Notes under the pieces: model-generated
Told to the model about the DNA's origin: nothing
What the model saw: the letters and a program-made list of their open reading frames with translations, nothing else
Databases searched by the model: none
Translations under genes and position numbers: made by a program
Part shown: positions 7,178-15,986 of the stretch, piece after piece
Layout: every line of letters starts with the position of its first letter
How positions within the stretch are numbered: the stretch's first letter is position 1
NCBI RefSeq assembly: GCF_043950625.1
Contig: NZ_CP171007.1
Origin: Alkanindiges sp. WGS2144
GTDB lineage: Bacteria; Pseudomonadota; Gammaproteobacteria; Pseudomonadales; Moraxellaceae
Reading direction: 5' to 3' (one strand)
Length of the DNA stretch: 32,000 bases

Positions 7178-9181
7178 ATGAGTCAGCCTATCGAACCTGC
7201 AAAAAAAACCATCCCCGATAAAAAACCAAAATACCAGATTAATCCACCGGTATTTTTCGGTGCCACTATTTTTATTGTGTTGTTCATTGCCATCACGCTG
7301 GTTGCGCCGGATTTTTTTGATGCTTTAACCGCCCAGATCAAGGACTGGATTACCAGTTCAGCTGGCTGGTTTTATATTTTAACTGTGGCCGGTTTTTTAA
7401 TCTTTATGGTGGTGGTCGCACTCTCCAACTTGGGCAGACTAAAGCTTGGCCCCGATCACAGCCAGCCGGATTATAGCTATGGCTCGTGGTACGCCATGCT
7501 GTTTACTACCGGCATGGGTATTGGTTTGATGTTTTTTGGAGTAGCAGAACCGGTCATGCACTTTGCTATGCCGCCTGTAGGCGACCCGCAAACTATTGCC
7601 GCAGCGCGGCAGGCCATGCGCATTACGTTTTTCCATTGGGGCGTGCATGCCTGGGCCATATATGCTGTAGTGGCATTATCGCTGGCGTATTTTGCTTACC
7701 GGCACCGATTGCCTTTGCAGATTCGCTCTGCTTTATATCCACTCATTGGCAAACGTATTTACGGCCCCATTGGTCATGCAGTAGATATTTTTGCGGTGAT
7801 TGGTACGGTGTTTGGTATCGCCACCTCACTGGGCTTTGGCGTGGCACAGGTCAACGCCGGTTTAAATTATCTGTTTGGCCTGCCGCAAACTACGCCGATC
7901 CAGATTATCCTGATTATTGTGATTACCAGCTTTGCTACGCTGTCGGTAGCAGCTGGGCTGGATAAGGGCATTAAGCGCCTGTCCGAGCTGAATATGCTGC
8001 TGGCCGTAATCCTGATGGTATTTGTGCTAATCGTAGGGCCTACCATATTCTTATTACAGACCTTCGTGCAAAACACCGGAAATTATCTTTCCAATTTATT
8101 CAGCATGACCTTTAACCTATATGCCTATGAGCAAAATGGCTGGATTGGTGGCTGGACGCTATTTTATTGGGGCTGGTGGATTGCCTGGTCGCCGTTTGTC
8201 GGCATGTTTATTGCCCGGGTATCGCGTGGTCGTAGCGTGCGCGAGTTTATTTTAGGGATGTTGCTGATCCCAACCGGCTTTACCTTTATGTGGCTCACCT
8301 TTTTTGGCGATACCGCGATTTATTTAATTTTAAAGCAGGGTGCGCTAGCGCTCATTGACAACGTGCAGGCCGATCAGTCAGTCGCTCTATTCCAGTTTTT
8401 TGAGTACCTGCCTTTTTCTTCCATTACCTCCCTAATTGCCACTGTTCTGGTCGTGCTGTTTTTTGTGACCTCTGCCGACTCTGGCTCACTAGTGGTGGAC
8501 ATGCTCACCTCTGGTAAACAGGAAGGTTCGCCAGTCTGGCAGCGTATTTTCTGGGCCATGCTGCAAGGGGTGATTGCTGCGGTACTGTTACTGGCAGGTG
8601 GCCTCACAGCCCTGCAATCTGCTACCATTGCCAGCGCACTGCCTTTTGCGGTGATTATGATTTTGATGTGCTGGGGATTGTTTGTGGCTATGCGCCGCGA
8701 TGTCATCAAAAAACAAAGTATCCAGAATGCTCGTATTACCCCGCGCTCCTTTGGTGTGGCGGCTCGCAGCTGGCAGGATCGGCTGGATCTGATCATGCAC
8801 CGGCCTAATGGCCTGGCAGAAGTGGTAGACTTTATGCAACAGCGGGTAAAACCCACACTGGAAGCGGTGGCTGAGGAGTTTAAGCGGCAGTCCATTGAGG
8901 CGAAAGTAATCGAAAAAAGTCCTGAGCATATCTGGCTACAGGTGGGGCATCAGGCTGAATCTGACTTTTATTACTCCGTGCAGGTACGAACATATGAGCC
9001 GCCGACGTTTATGACCGAAGCACAGGAGCAGGCCAACTCTATTTCTTACTATCGTGCCGAGGTTCATTTGCAGGAAGGTGGACAGGATTATGACATTATG
9101 GACTGGACCTGTGAGGACATCATTCAGGATCTACTGGATCAGTACGAGCGGCATTTGCACTTTTTAAACGTAGTGCGCTAA
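7178..9181 (+). CDS. BCCT family betaine/carnitine/choline transporter
   Basis: The protein is 667 aa and polytopic. It carries the Trp-rich BCCT signature WTLFYWGWWIAWSPFVGMFIARVSRGR and a long cytoplasmic C-terminal extension, as in BetT-type carriers. A GAGGGAG SD is present. Confidence 0.88.
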   Translation: MSQPIEPAKKTIPDKKPKYQINPPVFFGATIFIVLFIAITLVAPDFFDALTAQIKDWITSSAGWFYILTVAGFLIFMVVVALSNLGRLKLGPDHSQPDYSYGSWYAMLFTTGMGIGLMFFGVAEPVMHFAMPPVGDPQTIAAARQAMRITFFHWGVHAWAIYAVVALSLAYFAYRHRLPLQIRSALYPLIGKRIYGPIGHAVDIFAVIGTVFGIATSLGFGVAQVNAGLNYLFGLPQTTPIQIILIIVITSFATLSVAAGLDKGIKRLSELNMLLAVILMVFVLIVGPTIFLLQTFVQNTGNYLSNLFSMTFNLYAYEQNGWIGGWTLFYWGWWIAWSPFVGMFIARVSRGRSVREFILGMLLIPTGFTFMWLTFFGDTAIYLILKQGALALIDNVQADQSVALFQFFEYLPFSSITSLIATVLVVLFFVTSADSGSLVVDMLTSGKQEGSPVWQRIFWAMLQGVIAAVLLLAGGLTALQSATIASALPFAVIMILMCWGLFVAMRRDVIKKQSIQNARITPRSFGVAARSWQDRLDLIMHRPNGLAEVVDFMQQRVKPTLEAVAEEFKRQSIEAKVIEKSPEHIWLQVGHQAESDFYYSVQVRTYEPPTFMTEAQEQANSISYYRAEVHLQEGGQDYDIMDWTCEDIIQDLLDQYERHLHFLNVVR

Positions 9182-9329
9182 GCGCCGGCATTAAAGCGAA
9201 CCCAGCGCAATAAAATAGGCGGGCTTTAGTCAATTAAAGGTTGTTATTTTAAGCCGTATTGACTAAAATTCGCCTTCCATTTTGTTTGCGTGTTTTAGAG
9301 CGCAAACCAACGATAATAGGTAGTGGTCA

Positions 9330-9758
9330 ATGAAAACTCTCAGCGCCAAGCCTGCTGAAGTGCAACACGACTGGTATGTTGTTGACGCATCAGGCAAAAC
9401 TCTGGGTCGCCTAGCGACTGAAATCGCTCGCCGTCTGCGCGGCAAGCACAAGACATCTTTCACCCCTCACGTTGACACTGGCGATTACATTGTTGTGATC
9501 AACGCTGAGCGTGTACAGGTTACCGGTAAAAAGTCTCAGGACAAAATGTACTACCGTCATACCGAGTACCCAGGTGGTTTAAAAGAAACCAATTTTGAAA
9601 AACTGATCGGTCACAAGCCTGAAGAAGTGCTGCAACGCGCCGTAAAAGGTATGTTGCCTAAAGGCCCTCTTGGCTATGCCATGATCAAGAAAATGAAAGT
9701 ATACGCTGGCAGCGAGCATCCACATACTGCTCAACAGCCACAAGTTTTGGACATCTAA
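9330..9758 (+). CDS. rplM: 50S ribosomal protein L13
   Basis: The 142-aa protein begins [20 protein letters not shown]...GRLA, the canonical L13 N-terminus. Confidence 0.97.
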   Translation: MKTLSAKPAEVQHDWYVVDASGKTLGRLATEIARRLRGKHKTSFTPHVDTGDYIVVINAERVQVTGKKSQDKMYYRHTEYPGGLKETNFEKLIGHKPEEVLQRAVKGMLPKGPLGYAMIKKMKVYAGSEHPHTAQQPQVLDI

Positions 9759-9770
9759 GGAAGAAACGAC

Positions 9771-10157
9771 ATGGCAACTAATTATGGTACTGGTCGCCGC
9801 AAGACCGCAACCGCTCGTGTATTCCTGTCCGCAGGTTCAGGTAAAATCACGATTAACAACCGTGACCTAGACACTTATTTTGGTCGTGAGACTGCCCGTA
9901 TGATCGTGCGTCAGCCTCTGGAACTGCTGGAATCTGGCGACAAATACGATATTTTTGTTACCGTTAAAGGTGGTGGTATCGGTGGTCAGGCTGGTGCAAT
10001 TCGTCACGGTATTACCCGTGCATTAATTGCAAGTGACGAAACACTCAAATCTGCACTGCGTCAGGCTGGTTTTGTTACCCGTGATGCGCGTGAAGTTGAG
10101 CGTAAAAAGCTTGGTCTGCGTAAAGCACGTAAGCGCCCACAATTCTCCAAACGTTAA
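9771..10157 (+). CDS. rpsI: 30S ribosomal protein S9
   Basis: The 128-aa protein has the GTGRRK block and the C-terminal [11 protein letters not shown] tail typical of S9. It lies 12 nt after rplM. Confidence 0.97.
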   Translation: MATNYGTGRRKTATARVFLSAGSGKITINNRDLDTYFGRETARMIVRQPLELLESGDKYDIFVTVKGGGIGGQAGAIRHGITRALIASDETLKSALRQAGFVTRDAREVERKKLGLRKARKRPQFSKR

Positions 10158-10200
10158 TTCGTTTGCCCTTGTGGCGAGTTGTGCAAAAAACCCCGGGCAA

Positions 10201-10224
10201 TGAACTGCACCCCGAAAGTTGGAC
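10201..10224 (+). repeat. IS left terminal inverted repeat (IRL)
   Basis: IRL is TGAACTGCACCCCGAAAGTTGGAC. The reverse complement of 11615-11638 is TGAACTGACCCCCGAAAGTTGGAC. Confidence 0.88.
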
Positions 10225-10253
10225 ACTCCATCCAATTTGAAGGGTGTTTTTTA

Positions 10254-10769
10254 ATGGCTAAATATTCTCAAGAATTTAAACTCAAAGTTGTTCAATACTT
10301 CATATCTACCAATAGTGGTAGACGAACTGTAAGTAAGCACTTTGAGATCAGTGATGAACATGTCCGTAAATGGGTAGATATTTATCAGCTCTATGGTGAA
10401 GAGGGGTTAAAAACCAACAACTCAAAGAGCAAATATTCATTTGCATTAAAACAGCAAACTGTTCTTTTTATAATAGAAGAAGGATTATCAATTCGTGAAG
10501 CCATGAAAGCTTCAGGTTTAAAAAGCTCTGCCTTGGTTGCTTCATGGTTGCGCCAATATAAGGAATACGGTATTGCTGGCTTAAAACCAAAACAAAGAGG
10601 AAGCCCCAAGACCATGTCAAAGCCACTACCAGCTAAAGCAGACGGTGATAAAACGCAAGCTGAGTTACTTGAGGAGCTGGCATATCTACGTGCGGAGAAT
10701 GCTTATTTAAAAAAGCGGAGAGCCTTAAGACTGGAGCGGGAAGCCAAGCAGCGCAAGCTGCAAGACTGA
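10254..10769 (+). CDS. IS3 family transposase OrfA (HTH DNA-binding protein)
   Basis: I trimmed the track ORF (10179..) to the ATG at 10254, which lies inside the IS; the upstream 25 codons run across IRL into flanking DNA. The protein has a double HTH layout and a C-terminal leucine-zipper-like region (ELLEELAYLRAENAYLKK), as in IS150 OrfA. Confidence 0.88.
   Translation: MAKYSQEFKLKVVQYFISTNSGRRTVSKHFEISDEHVRKWVDIYQLYGEEGLKTNNSKSKYSFALKQQTVLFIIEEGLSIREAMKASGLKSSALVASWLRQYKEYGIAGLKPKQRGSPKTMSKPLPAKADGDKTQAELLEELAYLRAENAYLKKRRALRLEREAKQRKLQD
10709..10715 (+). promoter_or_regulatory. programmed -1 ribosomal frameshift slippery heptamer A AAA AAG
   Basis: In the orfA frame the codons are tt-A AAA AAG (L K K). 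The -1 frame is open from here through orfB (KKAESLKTGAG...LLRAAKLARSTYFY), which would give an OrfAB fusion. Confidence 0.8.
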
Positions 10770-10804
10770 TCTCAGAATTAAGGCAAATCCACGCACTAAA
10801 GCAC

Positions 10805-11608
10805 TTGCTACGGGCAGCGAAGCTGGCACGCAGCACCTACTTTTATCATCAGCAGAGTTTTAAAATGGATGATAAATATAGTGAACTAAAACAGCAGATT
10901 AAGGCAATATATCATCAGCATAAGGGGCGGTATGGCTATCGCAGAATTACACTGACACTCAAGAATCTAGGCAATGTCATTAACCATAAGTGTGTTCAAC
11001 GATTAATGCAGTCGATGGGGCTTAAATCACGGATCAGGATAGTTAAATATCGTTCTTATAAGGGAGAGGTTGGCAAGGTGGCTGACAATGTATTACAGCG
11101 TCAGTTCAAGGCTGATAGGCCAAACTATAAGTGGGTAACTGATGTGACCGAGTTTAATGTGCGAGGCGAAAAGTTATATCTGTCACCGATCATGGATTTA
11201 TTTAATGGCGAAATTATTGCATTTAAGACCCAGCGCAGGCCAGTGTATAGTCTGGTGAAAAACATGATGGATGATGCACTAAAGCAGCTTAAACCTAATG
11301 AAAAGCCTATTGTCCACTCTGACCAAGGCTGGCAGTATCAGATGCGTCATTACCAGTATCAGCTTGCACAGCATGGCTTAACCATCAGCATGTCCAGAAA
11401 AGGCAATTGCCTGGATAATGCCGCGATGGAGAGCTTCTTTGGCATATTAAAGTCAGAGTGCTTCCACGGTTATGAGTTTGCATCCATTGATGAACTGGAG
11501 CAAACTGTAAAAGCCTATATCCACTATTACAACCATGAACGAATCAAAGTGAAATTAAAAGGTCTGTCCCCTGTTGAGTACAGGAAACAGGCCTCTCTTA
11601 CTGCTTAA
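10805..11608 (+). CDS. IS3 family transposase OrfB (DDE catalytic domain; expressed as OrfAB fusion by -1 frameshift)
   Basis: orfB lies in the -1 frame relative to orfA. The catalytic residues sit in WVTDVTEF (D), VHSDQGWQY (D) and CLDNAAMESFF (E). The listed TTG start is nominal; the frame is open upstream to the slippery site. Confidence 0.88.
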   Translation: MLRAAKLARSTYFYHQQSFKMDDKYSELKQQIKAIYHQHKGRYGYRRITLTLKNLGNVINHKCVQRLMQSMGLKSRIRIVKYRSYKGEVGKVADNVLQRQFKADRPNYKWVTDVTEFNVRGEKLYLSPIMDLFNGEIIAFKTQRRPVYSLVKNMMDDALKQLKPNEKPIVHSDQGWQYQMRHYQYQLAQHGLTISMSRKGNCLDNAAMESFFGILKSECFHGYEFASIDELEQTVKAYIHYYNHERIKVKLKGLSPVEYRKQASLTA

Positions 11609-11614
11609 TCAACC

Positions 11615-11638
11615 GTCCAACTTTCGGGGGTCAGTTCA
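11615..11638 (-). repeat. IS right terminal inverted repeat (IRR)
   Basis: The plus strand reads GTCCAACTTTCGGGGGTCAGTTCA, the complement of IRL with 2 mismatches. Confidence 0.88.
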
Positions 11639-11762
11639 CAGTGGGGCTTTTTATTGCCTGCTGATTATAGGTTTTTAATTATCCAGTCACTTATATAACT
11701 ATACTTGCATTAACTACTGTTTGACGCTACAACGTAACCAAGCAGTCAAAAGCGCTCCAACC

Positions 11763-12560
11763 ATGCACCAAACCATGCCACACCAGTTCAAGCCCCTGCC
11801 TTCTTTAATGATAAAGCCAGTCTGGTGGCTTAGTAAATGCTGGTTTAAGCCTCGCTTTTATGGTCTTGAGCATCTGGACTTACAAAAACCAGCGCTTTAT
11901 ATAGGCAACCACACCTTATATGGTTTCGACTCACCGGCTTTTGTACTGGGTGTTTATCAATACAAAAAGATCTGGTTACGCGGACTTGCTGATCGTTTTC
12001 ACTTTTATCTTCCTCTCTGGCGTCATGCACTCGCCCAGTTTGGTGCTTTTGAAGGCAACAGGCAAGCTGTTGCCTGGCTTATGCAGCAAGGTAAACATAT
12101 TCTGATTTATCCAGGTGGCTCGCGTGAGGTTTTAAAAAACAAGGGAGAAGCATATCAACTGATGTGGAAACAGCGCATAGGCTTTATTGATCTGGCCATT
12201 GAGCATGGCTACGATATTATTCCCTTTGCTGCGCTGGGGGGTGAGGAAACCCTGGATATTATTTTTGACAGCAATGACTTTAATCACTCATGGCTTGGTA
12301 GACTGGCGCAAAAAAGTGGTTTTTCCAGGAAATTTTTACGGAATGGTGAATTTTTCTTTCCTTTAGTACAGGGTTATAAAGGAATCCCTTTTTTACCTAA
12401 ACCCCAGGTGCTAAGTTATCAGTTTATGCCTCGGTTAAGCGTCCAACACCAAAACCTGAAATTCTCACATGAAGAAAAAATGGCTTTGAGAAATCATATT
12501 CAACAACAGATTAATCAGGGTTTAACCCTGCTGCGTGAGCAACATAACCAGTTAAATTAA
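11763..12560 (+). CDS. lysophospholipid acyltransferase (PlsC/LPLAT superfamily, MGAT-like) family protein
   Basis: The track ORF starts at TTG 11721; I prefer ATG 11763, but the start is uncertain and no clear SD is visible. Acyltransferase blocks are GNHTLYGFD (His/Asp catalytic motif variant) and YPGGSRE. Confidence 0.6.
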   Translation: MHQTMPHQFKPLPSLMIKPVWWLSKCWFKPRFYGLEHLDLQKPALYIGNHTLYGFDSPAFVLGVYQYKKIWLRGLADRFHFYLPLWRHALAQFGAFEGNRQAVAWLMQQGKHILIYPGGSREVLKNKGEAYQLMWKQRIGFIDLAIEHGYDIIPFAALGGEETLDIIFDSNDFNHSWLGRLAQKSGFSRKFLRNGEFFFPLVQGYKGIPFLPKPQVLSYQFMPRLSVQHQNLKFSHEEKMALRNHIQQQINQGLTLLREQHNQLN

Positions 12561-12582
12561 TTTTCTGCCAACATAAGACCAG

Positions 12583-13233
12583 CTATCTACCCAGCTCACT
12601 AAGACGCCACAAATACCAGGCAGCAATGCTTTGATAGGGTGCAAGCTGCTCTCCTACGGCTTTAAGATGCTTTCTTAGCAGTGGCTGCTCTAGCCCTTTA
12701 AGTAGCCTATAGTTTTGTTGTACAGCATAATCATCTATCGGCCATACATCTAACCGCCCAAGATTAAAAATCAGAAACATTTCTACCGTCCACTGACCTA
12801 CTCCTTTGAGCCGGACAAGCTGCTCAATCAGTTGCTCATTACTCATTTGCTGGGCAGTGCCCCAGTCAGGAATATGACCCTGCTGCTGAGCCTGAGCAAT
12901 ACCCAGAATATAATCCAGCTTACGGGCAGAAAAACCGCAGGCCCGAATGATCATAGGATCAGTTTGTAAAATTTGTCCCGCATCAGGAAACTCATCATCA
13001 TAAAGGGCTAAAAACCGCTCAAATATTGCTTTAGCTGCTTTACCATGCAGTTGCTGATAAGCCACGTTACGAATCAGTGCCATAAATGGCTCTTGAGCCG
13101 GATGTACTTCAAGCTGACATAAACCCACCTGGGTAATCAGGCCCTGCCAGTCCTCATCTATACTAGCCAGATGCTGAGCAGCCTGTTCATACGCTTGTTG
13201 ACGAACCGGATTTATAATTGTTGCCTGTAACAT
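12583..13233 (-). CDS. alkA: DNA-3-methyladenine glycosylase II family protein (HhH-GPD, short AlkA-type)
   Basis: The 216-aa protein has the helix-hairpin-helix LKGVGQWTVEMFLIF followed by the catalytic-Asp region WPIDDYAV. It starts 5 nt after the alkB stop. Confidence 0.75.
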   Translation of the reverse strand: MLQATIINPVRQQAYEQAAQHLASIDEDWQGLITQVGLCQLEVHPAQEPFMALIRNVAYQQLHGKAAKAIFERFLALYDDEFPDAGQILQTDPMIIRACGFSARKLDYILGIAQAQQQGHIPDWGTAQQMSNEQLIEQLVRLKGVGQWTVEMFLIFNLGRLDVWPIDDYAVQQNYRLLKGLEQPLLRKHLKAVGEQLAPYQSIAAWYLWRLSELGR

Positions 13234-13238
13234 ATCTA

Positions 13239-13907
13239 TCAGTCAGCCTGCCTAAAGGTCATGTTAATACGTCGTTCACCAAGTAAAGGATGGCACGCTG
13301 GCTTTAGCGGCGCAATGCCATGAAAGCGTAGCCGGTCTACCCCGCCCCATACCACCACATCACCATGAAAGAGACCTATTTTTTGCGTCGCATCCTTACG
13401 ATTCAGTCCACCCCATAAGAAAATTGCCGGAATACCCAACGATACTGATACCACCGGATAATTTAAATTAATTTCATCCTTGTCCTGATGCAATCCCATT
13501 CTGGCATCCACAGTATATTCATTCATTAGGCAACTACTCGGCCTAAAACTCTCAAAACCTGCCTGGCTTGCCGCCTGCTGTGCCAATCGCAAAAAGAGGG
13601 CAGGCATGGATGGCCAGGGCTGACCAGTCAACGGGTCAATAGCCTGATAGCGATAGCCCTGCTGATCCGCCACCCAGCCAAGCTCTCCACAACTGGTTAA
13701 GGCAGCAGACATGCTACCACCATAGGCAGTACGCATATGTCGAAATGGTGAGATTGCAGTGATTTGCTCAATGACCCGTATCAGCTCTTTTTCCATAGGA
13801 TTAACCAGACCTCGCAGCACCACTGCCTGCTCACCAATTTTTTCCACGCTGCCCGGCTCATAGGATGTTGCGGGTAGCCAATCAAACAATTCCATTGTCA
13901 TGAGCAC
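13239..13907 (-). CDS. alkB: Fe(II)/2-oxoglutarate-dependent DNA/RNA oxidative demethylase AlkB
   Basis: Iron ligands are in LHQDKDE and RFHGI, and the 2OG-binding block is RINMTFR. The listed start is GTG; the ATG codons 2 and 4 codons downstream (MELFDWL aligns with E. coli MLDLFAD) are alternatives. Confidence 0.88.
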   Translation of the reverse strand: MLMTMELFDWLPATSYEPGSVEKIGEQAVVLRGLVNPMEKELIRVIEQITAISPFRHMRTAYGGSMSAALTSCGELGWVADQQGYRYQAIDPLTGQPWPSMPALFLRLAQQAASQAGFESFRPSSCLMNEYTVDARMGLHQDKDEINLNYPVVSVSLGIPAIFLWGGLNRKDATQKIGLFHGDVVVWGGVDRLRFHGIAPLKPACHPLLGERRINMTFRQAD

Positions 13908-14004
13908 TTGCCTATAAAAATAAAACCTGCTTAGTCCAGTAAAACATTTAAACAGGGTATAATCTCTAGTATCCTGATGTTTTATTGAAACAGCCTTTAG
14001 GCTT

Positions 14005-14655
14005 ATGAATAACGAGTTAAATACACAACAAGGTATTATTCTTTATAGCCATCCAGATGACCACTATAGCCACCGTGTCCGTCTGGCGCTGGCTGAAAAA
14101 AATATTCAATACCAGCTTATCCTGGTTGATGAATTTTCTGAAGATGTAGCAGACCTCAACCCCTATAACCAACTGCCTACACTAGTTGAACGGCAACTGC
14201 GACTCTATGAAAGCCATACTATTTTAGAATATCTGGACGAACGCTATCGGCAGGCCAGATTACTCCCCGATACCCCAGCCCTGCGTGCTGAACACCGCCA
14301 GTATGCCTGGCGCATCGAACAGGACTGGATGAAACTGGCAGATATCCTGCTACGCCATCCCGATACACTTAATGAACAGGCTGCACAGCAGGCAAGGCAA
14401 AGCCTTAGCCAGTCACTAGTGAGCTTATCGCCACTGTTTGCCCATTTTCCATTTTTTATGAGTGAACAGTTTGGCTATAACGACTGCCTGCTGGCGCCAA
14501 TTCTGTGGCGTCTCCCCCAAATGCAGATTGATTTACCAAGCGTACATTGCAAGCCACTGCTGGCTTATTGTAAAAGACTCTTTGAACGTCCTGCGTTTAT
14601 AATGTCCCTGACCGAAGCTGAACACCTCAAACAGCCTTCCCAACTGCACAGGTAA
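14005..14655 (+). CDS. sspA: stringent starvation protein A
   Basis: The 216-aa protein is GST-like, with an N-terminus (LYSHPDDHYSHRVRLALAEKNI) collinear with E. coli SspA. sspB follows immediately. Confidence 0.9.
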   Translation: MNNELNTQQGIILYSHPDDHYSHRVRLALAEKNIQYQLILVDEFSEDVADLNPYNQLPTLVERQLRLYESHTILEYLDERYRQARLLPDTPALRAEHRQYAWRIEQDWMKLADILLRHPDTLNEQAAQQARQSLSQSLVSLSPLFAHFPFFMSEQFGYNDCLLAPILWRLPQMQIDLPSVHCKPLLAYCKRLFERPAFIMSLTEAEHLKQPSQLHR

Positions 14656-14659
14656 TCCA

Positions 14660-15085
14660 ATGTCTAACGAACTTATTCCTACTCGCCCATACCTGCTTCG
14701 TGCTATTTATGAATGGACGAATGATAATAATCTCACCCCTTACCTGTTAGTCAATGCAGAAGAAACCGGCGTTAACGTGCCCCCCCAACATGTGCAGGAT
14801 GGACAAATTGTACTAAATATTGCACCCCATGCAGTGCATCACATGCTGATTGACAACGAAGCCGTGAGTTTTAATGCCCGCTTTGGTGGCGTATCGCAGC
14901 AACTGTATATTCCCATGTATGCAGTTTTGGGTCTTTATGCACGTGAAAATGGACAGGGTTTATTTTTTGATCCGCAGGAATATGATAGTTATAAGCCAGA
15001 AGTAGAACCACCGGCTGCTACCGAGGCCGCAACCGCCTCAGAGCAAAAGCCCACTAAAAAACCCAGTCTGCGCATACTGGATTAA
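14660..15085 (+). CDS. sspB: ClpXP adaptor SspB (stringent starvation protein B)
   Basis: The blocks RPYLLRAIYEWTNDNNLTP, DGQIVLNIAPHAV, FNARFGG and YARENGQG are present. The C-terminal LRILD resembles the ClpX-binding tail. Confidence 0.92.
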   Translation: MSNELIPTRPYLLRAIYEWTNDNNLTPYLLVNAEETGVNVPPQHVQDGQIVLNIAPHAVHHMLIDNEAVSFNARFGGVSQQLYIPMYAVLGLYARENGQGLFFDPQEYDSYKPEVEPPAATEAATASEQKPTKKPSLRILD

Positions 15086-15112
15086 ATCATTGCTTAGCCA
15101 AGGAGGTATTTT

Positions 15113-15880
15113 ATGGCTTTTTCATTACTTGATCATCTGCAAGGCAGCCGCAGTGCTGACATTAAGGGCTTATTGCCTACGCAGGATATTACGATCCAGC
15201 GTAATCTACTGGCTATTGCATTGGGACAGCTACTGCTACGTGACCGGCAGGATCCAGCAGCGATTTATCAGGGCATTTTACAACAACACTCAAGTGCTTT
15301 CTGGCAAGGGTTAAATGAGCAAACCCTGGCCAAGCTGGCTGATATTTATTCTCTGGCAACTGAACAGTTCAGGCAGGTACTCGAACAGCTCTATACCTAT
15401 ATTGCCAGCGAACTTAAAGCACTGGATGACAGTGCTAATCTGGCACAACCTGGGGTGTCCGAGCTCATTCAGGGACAGGCTGAATATTTACAAGGTCAGA
15501 CCTCCGATGAGGTATGGAGCTTGCTACACTTGCCTGAATTGCAGGGACAAACTGCCAGTCAGGAACAACCTGTTGACCTTAATGCCAGTATTACGAGTTT
15601 AAGCAAAATGATGATTGATGCCAGCCACGCCGCCAGTACCCATTCTACTGATGACCACGACCTGTCGCCTGATGGTCATGTGATAGACGAGCTACCTCCA
15701 CAACGAGAAACACCATCGTTATTCTTGTTTTTAGAACCGCTGATTGCCCTGCTGATTTTAATTGGCCTATGGGTTACTTTTTCAAATCTTAACGCTCATA
15801 ACCCTATTAGCACTCCTACTGCAATTACTCTACAGCTTGGCGCTCAAGCAACTGACATGCCTGATGAAGCGCAATACTAA
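15113..15880 (+). CDS. hypothetical tail-anchored membrane protein (orphan)
   Basis: The ORF is 255 aa. A strong AGGAGG SD (15101-15106) sits 6 nt before the ATG, and the gene starts 27 nt after sspB. The protein has a helical Q-rich N-terminal region and a single TM (LFLFLEPLIALLILIGLWVTF) near the C-terminus. I recognised no family. Confidence 0.6.
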   Translation: MAFSLLDHLQGSRSADIKGLLPTQDITIQRNLLAIALGQLLLRDRQDPAAIYQGILQQHSSAFWQGLNEQTLAKLADIYSLATEQFRQVLEQLYTYIASELKALDDSANLAQPGVSELIQGQAEYLQGQTSDEVWSLLHLPELQGQTASQEQPVDLNASITSLSKMMIDASHAASTHSTDDHDLSPDGHVIDELPPQRETPSLFLFLEPLIALLILIGLWVTFSNLNAHNPISTPTAITLQLGAQATDMPDEAQY

Positions 15881-15892
15881 TTTAAACAATAT

Positions 15893-15931
15893 AAAAAACT
15901 GACAGTAAGCCGGAAATTAACTTACTGTCAG
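15893..15931. terminator. hairpin terminator between convergent genes (best fits the minus-strand hydrolase gene)
   Basis: A perfect 11-bp stem, CTGACAGTAAG (15899-15909) with CTTACTGTCAG (15921-15931), is preceded on the plus strand by an A6 run (15893-15898). On the minus-strand transcript that run is a U-tract following the hairpin. Confidence 0.7.
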
Positions 15932-15986
15932 TAAAACTTAGTAAAATTATTTTGAGCATTATAGCCTGTCAAGACCATACCCTATT

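Larger units (their letters stand above)
10201..11638 (+). mobile_element. IS3 family insertion sequence (IS150-group-like), apparently intact
   Basis: The element is 1,438 bp with TG...CA termini and 24-bp terminal inverted repeats matching at 22/24. It has the two-ORF organisation orfA/orfB with an A AAA AAG -1 frameshift site. OrfB carries a DDE triad. Confidence 0.9.

Noticed and set aside
10179-10253. A 25-codon N-terminal extension of IS orfA starts at a TTG in the rpsI-IS flank.
   Set aside because: The extension crosses the IS left inverted repeat into host DNA. The conserved OrfA N-terminus (MAKYSQEFK...) begins at the ATG at 10254.
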